Made by a program: the position numbers and the translations under genes. 64,000 bases of DNA. Source: Chthoniobacterales bacterium (GTDB lineage: Bacteria; Verrucomicrobiota; Verrucomicrobiia; Chthoniobacterales; JACTMZ01). Under the pieces are notes generated by a model. It was given only the letters and a program-made list of their open reading frames with translations. It did no database searches and had not been told where the DNA came from. Location of the stretch: contig JBIKLF010000005.1 of assembly GCA_044359955.1 (NCBI GenBank), positions 54,843 through 118,842 on the forward strand, in the 5' to 3' direction. Positions 59,139 through 64,000 of this stretch are shown here, in pieces. The number at the start of each line of letters is the position of its first letter. Within the stretch, counting starts at the first letter, position 1.

Positions 59139-61417
59139 GACGCCTCCTCCCCGATGATTTGCACCTCGGTCTCGAGACGCACACCCTGCTTCTTCAAAAC
59201 CTCGGCACGCACTTGTTCGACCAGAGCAAGCACCTCGGAAGCGGTGGCGCCCCCTTCGTTGAGAATAAAGTTGGCATGAACCCCGGAGACCCGGGCCGCG
59301 CCAACCTGCGCCTCCTTGAGACCGGAAGCATCGATCAACTGGCCGGCTTTGCCGCCCGACGGATTGCGGAAGATGCAACCGGCACTCGCCCCGACCGGCT
59401 GCGAGGATTTGCGCTTCGTCGCGTAGTCACGCGTCCGGCGCCCGACTTCCTCCGGACTCGCAGGCTCGCCGCGGAAAACCGCGGACAGCGCGTAATTGGT
59501 CCGCAAAATCGGCACGTTGCGGTAATGTACTTCGAGGTCACGCGGTGATTTTTCAAAAATATTGCCCTCGTGATCGGCATAACGGAGCCGTTCGACCTGA
59601 TCGAAGGCCTCGACTCCCATCGCCCCCGCATTCATGCGCAGGCAGCCGCCCACGTCGCCCGGAATCCCTTCCATCCACTCAAAACCACCGAGACCGGCCG
59701 TCACCGCCGCACCGCTCAGCGCCTTGAGCCGCACGCCGACTCCGGCCCGGATCCGCGTGCCCTCGACGGTGAATTCGCCGAAGATGCCGCGGCGGAGACG
59801 AACCACCACGCCGCGCAGACCACCATCCCGCACGATGAGATTCGATCCGCGGCCGATGACCATGAAAGGAAGCCCGGCTTCGTGGGACGTCCGCACCAAA
59901 TCGCAAAATCCCTCTTCCGTTTCAGGCTCGAGCCAGAATTGCGCGGGTCCGCCCACCCGCATCGTGGTGTGCTTGGCCAGCGGTTCGTAGAGACGCGCCA
60001 CCCCCGGACCCATCACGTTGCTCAGATTTTCCAAAGTCTGCAGATCCTTGGCCAGGACCGCACCTTGCTCGTGAATATTGCCCGCGCCGAGTGTGACCAG
60101 CAAATCGCCCGGACGCAGGAGCCGCCCGGCCTCCCGCCCGGCCTCCTCCCGCCCCGCGATATAAATGGCGTGGGCGCAGCCGGCCGCACTGGCTGCGTCG
60201 GCAATCAGCCGGCCACTCACGCCGGGAATCGGATCCTCGCTGGCCGGATAAACTTCGGTCACGACAACCGCATCGGCCAGAGCCAAGGCGCGCCCGAACT
60301 CCTCCTTTAGCGCCTGCGTTCGCGTGTAGCGGTGCGGTTGGAAAAGCAGAAGGACCCGGCCGCGACCCGCATCACGCGCGGTGCGGATCACCGCGGCGAT
60401 CTCCGTCGGATGATGCCCGTAGTCGTCGACGAGCACATGAAGGTCCGAGGCATGCAGCACTTCGAAACGCCGACGCGCGCCCCGGAAACTTTCCAACGCG
60501 GCCGCGCACCTGCCCACGTCGAGCCCCAGCTCGGCGGCGAGGGCCAGCACCGCGGTCGCATTGACCACATTGTGCTCCCCCGGAACATTAAGGGTGACGC
60601 GCGCCAACTCTTGGCCCTCCCGACGGAAAGAAAAAGTCGAGGCAAAGCCCGCGGGCCGGATATCGGTGCAAGTATAAGTGCCGGTCTTCCCGTAGGAGAC
60701 AGCCTGGGCGCGACCCGCACAAACCCGCACCGCTCCGGCATCGTCGGCACAATAGAAAACTTTTCCCGTCGTCTGGTCGAGCAACTGACCGAACGCCGTG
60801 TCAATCGCCGCCAGATCGGCATAGTGGTCGAGGTGCTCGGGTTCGATGTTGAGCACGATGACGTGTTCCGGATGGTAAAGGACGATCGTGCCGTCGCTCT
60901 CATCGCCCTCGGCCACAAAATACTCCCCGCCCGCATCCCAGCGTGCGTTCGTGCCGAGGATCGGGATTTCTGCGCCGACATAGTGCGAAGGATGCGCGCC
61001 CGCGGCACGCAAGGCATGCGCCGTCATGGCCGAAACGGTTGTCTTGCCATGCATTCCCGCGACCAGAATTCCTTTTTTCCCCAGCATGAGGGCCGCCAGC
61101 GCCTCCGCGCGCCGCACCATGGGCTTGCCCACCCGTCGCGCCGCGTCGAAGGCCGCATTACCTTCGCGAATGGCCGAGGAATAAATGACCAGCTGAGCCT
61201 CGACCACGTCATCGGCCCGCTGCGGAGTATGGAAATCCAGACCGAGCGACTGCAACCGTTTGACTTCCACGGTATCCACCTTGTCCGATCCGCTGACCCG
61301 GTGGCCGAGGGCGAGCAGCAGGGCGGCAAGACCGCTCATGCCCGAGCCGGCCACCCCGATGAGGTGAATCCGGCGCGGCGCGCCATGGAACAAATCGGCC
61401 AGTTCTTTTGTGGTCAT
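59135..61417 (-). CDS. murC/murB: fused UDP-N-acetylmuramate--L-alanine ligase / UDP-N-acetylenolpyruvoylglucosamine reductase
   Basis: From ATG 61417: MurC (IHLIGVAGSGMSGLA; GMHGKTT; DDYGHHPTE) continues without a stop into MurB (LAKHTTMRVGGPAQFW; VIGRGSNLIVRDGG; AGCIFRNP). About 760 aa in total. Confidence 0.9.
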   Translation of the reverse strand: MTTKELADLFHGAPRRIHLIGVAGSGMSGLAALLLALGHRVSGSDKVDTVEVKRLQSLGLDFHTPQRADDVVEAQLVIYSSAIREGNAAFDAARRVGKPMVRRAEALAALMLGKKGILVAGMHGKTTVSAMTAHALRAAGAHPSHYVGAEIPILGTNARWDAGGEYFVAEGDESDGTIVLYHPEHVIVLNIEPEHLDHYADLAAIDTAFGQLLDQTTGKVFYCADDAGAVRVCAGRAQAVSYGKTGTYTCTDIRPAGFASTFSFRREGQELARVTLNVPGEHNVVNATAVLALAAELGLDVGRCAAALESFRGARRRFEVLHASDLHVLVDDYGHHPTEIAAVIRTARDAGRGRVLLLFQPHRYTRTQALKEEFGRALALADAVVVTEVYPASEDPIPGVSGRLIADAASAAGCAHAIYIAGREEAGREAGRLLRPGDLLVTLGAGNIHEQGAVLAKDLQTLENLSNVMGPGVARLYEPLAKHTTMRVGGPAQFWLEPETEEGFCDLVRTSHEAGLPFMVIGRGSNLIVRDGGLRGVVVRLRRGIFGEFTVEGTRIRAGVGVRLKALSGAAVTAGLGGFEWMEGIPGDVGGCLRMNAGAMGVEAFDQVERLRYADHEGNIFEKSPRDLEVHYRNVPILRTNYALSAVFRGEPASPEEVGRRTRDYATKRKSSQPVGASAGCIFRNPSGGKAGQLIDASGLKEAQVGAARVSGVHANFILNEGGATASEVLALVEQVRAEVLKKQGVRLETEVQIIGEEAS

Positions 61418-62502
61418 GACTTCACTCCGGTCAAAACCGCGGCCACCCGCGCCGCCGCATCCCGCGGGGCCAGAGCCTTGGCTGCCGTGGCCATGGTGGT
61501 CAAACTCTCCGGCGATTCCAGCAAAGAGATCAAGAGGCGCGACAGGCTTTCGCCCGTGGCCTCCTTCTCGGCCAGCATCTTCGCCGCACCGACGCGGGTG
61601 AAAATCTCCGCATTCAGTCTTTGGTGGTCCTCGGCGGCATAGGGAAAAGGCACCAGCACCGAGGGCAGACCGAACCAGGACAATTCTCCGAGGCTGGCTG
61701 CGCCCGAGCGGGAGATAGCCAGGTCCGCGGCTGGATAAACTTCCTGCATGCGGTCGCAAAACGGCAGCACCACGGCAGGCACTCCCGCTGCGGCGTAAGC
61801 GGACTGCACCGTCTCGACATCACGCTCGCCGGCCAGGTGCACCACCTGCAAGTCCGCGGCGGACATATGCGGCGCAGCCTGGGTCATCAGCGCATTGATT
61901 CCGGCCGCGCCCTGACTCCCTCCCATGACGAGAAGCGTCTTCCGCTCCGCCGCCAAGCCCAGCGCCCGCCGTGCTTCGGCGCGCGTGGGCACGTTCTCGG
62001 TCAATTCCCGGCGGATCGGCGTTCCGGTGACCTGCGTCATGCTTTTTGCAAAATGACGCGCACAGTCGTCAAAACCGAGCAACACGGAGCGGCAGAAGCG
62101 CGCGGCCAGACGGTTCGCCTTGCCCGGAATGGCGTTCGATTCGTGCAAAAAAGCCGGGATACCGCGCCGCCGTGCCGCGATGAGCGGGGCGATGCTGGTG
62201 AAGCCTCCCATCCCCAAGACCGCATCGGGGCGATCCGCGGCATAGGAAGCGCCACAGGTCTTGAAACTGGAACGCAGGCGGCGCAGGAACGTGACCATGG
62301 CCGCAGAGAAAATCGCGGGCAGGCCGATCGACGGAAGTTTCTTGCTCGGCAGATCCGGATGAGCCCGCAGGGCGCGGGCATCGACCTCCTTCTCCGAAAC
62401 AAAGAGCAGAACCTCGTGACCTTGCCCGCGCAGCACTTCCGCCACCGCCAAACCCGGAAAGAGATGCCCCCCCGTTCCTCCGCAGGCAATGGCAAACTTC
62501 AT
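61414..62502 (-). CDS. murG: undecaprenyldiphospho-muramoylpentapeptide beta-N-acetylglucosaminyltransferase
   Basis: From ATG 62502: MKFAIACGGTGGHLFPGLAVAE, LLVMGGSQGA, SRSGAASLGEL. ATGA overlap with the murC start. Confidence 0.9.
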   Translation of the reverse strand: MKFAIACGGTGGHLFPGLAVAEVLRGQGHEVLLFVSEKEVDARALRAHPDLPSKKLPSIGLPAIFSAAMVTFLRRLRSSFKTCGASYAADRPDAVLGMGGFTSIAPLIAARRRGIPAFLHESNAIPGKANRLAARFCRSVLLGFDDCARHFAKSMTQVTGTPIRRELTENVPTRAEARRALGLAAERKTLLVMGGSQGAAGINALMTQAAPHMSAADLQVVHLAGERDVETVQSAYAAAGVPAVVLPFCDRMQEVYPAADLAISRSGAASLGELSWFGLPSVLVPFPYAAEDHQRLNAEIFTRVGAAKMLAEKEATGESLSRLLISLLESPESLTTMATAAKALAPRDAAARVAAVLTGVKS

Positions 62503-62504
62503 GG

Positions 62505-63647
62505 TCAGAAGCGGACCGCCAGGCTGGTGGCCGGGACGGCGCGCGCGCGGCGTTTCGGTTCGCGGCGTCCTTGGCGGTGGATGTTGATCAGGATGCCGAT
62601 GAGCGCCATCGACACGGCAAGATTGCTGCCTCCATAGCTGATGAAGGGCAAAGGCATGCCTTTGTTCGGCAGGAGCGAGGTGGTCACCCCGATGTTCACC
62701 GCCGCCTGCAGCGTGATAATGATGGTGATACCGAACCCGAGCAGCATGCCGAAGCGGTCCTTGGAATTCATGGCAATAAGCACCCCGGCCAAAAGGATGA
62801 GCAGAAAGCAAAAAACGGTCAGCAGGGTGAAACGCAGTCCGAGTTCCTCGCCGATCATGGGAAATATAAAATCGGTGTGCGCATACGGCAGGTAGAGCAT
62901 CTTCTGCCGCCCGTTGCCCAGACCCAGTCCGTCCACGCCTCCGGCCCCGAAAGCGAGGAGTGCCTGCCACTGCTGCAACCCTTCGCCCAACTTGTATTTT
63001 TCCGGATCGAGAAATGCGATGATGCGCCCCATGCGCTCCTCGATGTGGAAAGCGGCCACGGACAAGAGAGCCACCCCCGCGCCGACCAAAGGCACCAGCC
63101 AGCGCAAGCCAGCCCCGGCGACAAAGGCCACGGCCAGCGCCGTGGTCCCGATCAGCGCCGTGGCCCCGAGGTCCACCTCGACTACGATGAGAGCCATGAT
63201 GACACCCGCCACGGCCAGCGGCAGGGCAAAGCCGCGCCAGAATTCCGCGGCCCGCTCCTCGTGACGCGCATACCACGAGGCGAGGAAAAAGAGCACAGCC
63301 ACTTTGCCCAATTCGCTCGGCTGAAAACTGGCGAAACCGAGATTGATCCAACGCCACGCTCCATTGACCTTCATGCCGATCGGTGGCACGAAGCAGAGGA
63401 TGAGCATGACGACCGCCAATCCGTAGATCCACGGCCACCAACGCGCCCACACGCGGTAATCGACCAGGGCGGCGGCCACCAACGCCGATCCGCCAATGAC
63501 CAACCACATGAGTTGGCGTTTGACGAAAAAATACATGTCGCCCCGGCTGTCGTGGGCAAAAGCTCCCGTGCTAAAAAGCATGACAATCCCGATGGCGAGA
63601 AGACTCCCCATGGAAAGGATCAGGATGTAGCCGGTGCGGCGGCGCAT
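62505..63647 (-). CDS. ftsW: SEDS peptidoglycan glycosyltransferase FtsW
   Basis: Ten-TM SEDS pattern: QPSELGK, LPYAHTDFIFPMIGEELG, LPNKGMPLPFISYGGS. Start at ATG 63647; the ORF track starts at 63695. Confidence 0.9.
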   Translation of the reverse strand: MRRRTGYILILSMGSLLAIGIVMLFSTGAFAHDSRGDMYFFVKRQLMWLVIGGSALVAAALVDYRVWARWWPWIYGLAVVMLILCFVPPIGMKVNGAWRWINLGFASFQPSELGKVAVLFFLASWYARHEERAAEFWRGFALPLAVAGVIMALIVVEVDLGATALIGTTALAVAFVAGAGLRWLVPLVGAGVALLSVAAFHIEERMGRIIAFLDPEKYKLGEGLQQWQALLAFGAGGVDGLGLGNGRQKMLYLPYAHTDFIFPMIGEELGLRFTLLTVFCFLLILLAGVLIAMNSKDRFGMLLGFGITIIITLQAAVNIGVTTSLLPNKGMPLPFISYGGSNLAVSMALIGILINIHRQGRREPKRRARAVPATSLAVRF

Positions 63648-63657
63648 GGACCGGTCC

Positions 63658-63999
63658 TCAGTTCGCTTTGGCCGGGACCTTGAGGATTTGGTCAATCTGC
63701 AATTTGGTCGGATCCTCGATGCTGTTGACCTGAAGCAAGGCTTGGGAAGTCACACCAAGTTTCTTGGCGATGTTGTAGGGATTGTCGCCCTTCACCACCT
63801 TGTAAGTGCCCGCGGCGGCCGCAGTGGTCGACGCTCCGGAGACGGGTCTGGGTGCCGCTTTGCTTGCTCCCGCGGCTTTGGGCGGCGAAGTCTGGGTGAC
63901 GGCTGGTGCCACCGCAGTGGAAGCCGCGGCCGGAGCAACCGGTTTCGTCGTCGCGACCAAGGCCGCCGTCGATGCCACCGGCGCTTCGGAACCGATCAT
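63658..63999 (-). CDS. LysM domain-containing protein (possibly 5'-truncated by the window edge)
   Basis: C-terminal LysM YKVVKGDNPYNIAKKLGVTSQALLQVNSIEDPTKLQIDQILKVP, preceded by an Ala/Pro/Thr-rich linker. An ATG at 63999 exists but the ORF may continue beyond the window. Confidence 0.6.
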   Translation of the reverse strand: MIGSEAPVASTAALVATTKPVAPAAASTAVAPAVTQTSPPKAAGASKAAPRPVSGASTTAAAAGTYKVVKGDNPYNIAKKLGVTSQALLQVNSIEDPTKLQIDQILKVPAKAN

Positions 64000-64000
64000 G

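Noticed and set aside
59135-61759. 5' extensions of ORF-track entries upstream of the biologically sensible start. Examples: 59135..61759, 61414..63507, 43619..44986, 40497..42227, 50740..52155, 58218..59378, 17538..17663.
   Set aside because: The extensions overlap the preceding gene in another frame, or consist of REP sequence. They have Arg/Pro/Gly-rich composition. In each case an in-frame ATG/GTG gives a canonical N-terminus and a 1-8 nt overlap with the upstream stop.

Overview
This is a GC-rich bacterial chromosomal segment of roughly two-thirds G+C by eye. The gene style (SD-poor starts, dprA next to a topoisomerase III, a fused murC-murB, a divergent FtsZ) fits a Verrucomicrobia/Opitutae-like organism, but that is inference only. 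About 60 protein genes are supportable.

- **Housekeeping:** pcm, dprA, topB, recD2, rpmE-prfA-prmC-murA, a KamA-family radical SAM gene, an RlmI-like methyltransferase, queD/queE/folE2, nuoB/nuoC, rnd, nadC, cinA and clpB.
- **Glucan set:** a GT4 glycogen-synthase-like gene, two secreted GH13 enzymes and an orphan MalG-like permease.
- **Lipid cluster:** a ~9-kb minus-strand membrane-lipid modification cluster. It holds a desaturase, an FAD oxidoreductase, DUF1365, two CFA-synthase-like methyltransferases, DUF1295, a TPR protein and a GT28 glycolipid synthase. A vapBC toxin-antitoxin pair interrupts it.
- **Cell wall and division:** an L,D-transpeptidase, a BsuPI-like protein and an M23 peptidase, plus the distal dcw cluster ftsW-murG-murC/murB-ddl-ftsQ-ftsA-ftsZ.

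I saw no rRNA, tRNA or CRISPR array.

The most unusual sequence-level signal is a set of GTAG-headed palindromic REP/REPIN-like elements that fill most intergenic gaps. One of them sits in frame inside the methyltransferase gene. There is also a second 62-nt two-hairpin repeat family and a 640-bp non-coding, hairpin-rich island.

I did not find a clear new multi-gene defence or secretion system. The best follow-up candidates are listed in the findings. All family calls come from motif recognition by eye, since no database search or folding program was available. Start codons are often ambiguous in this GC-rich sequence.
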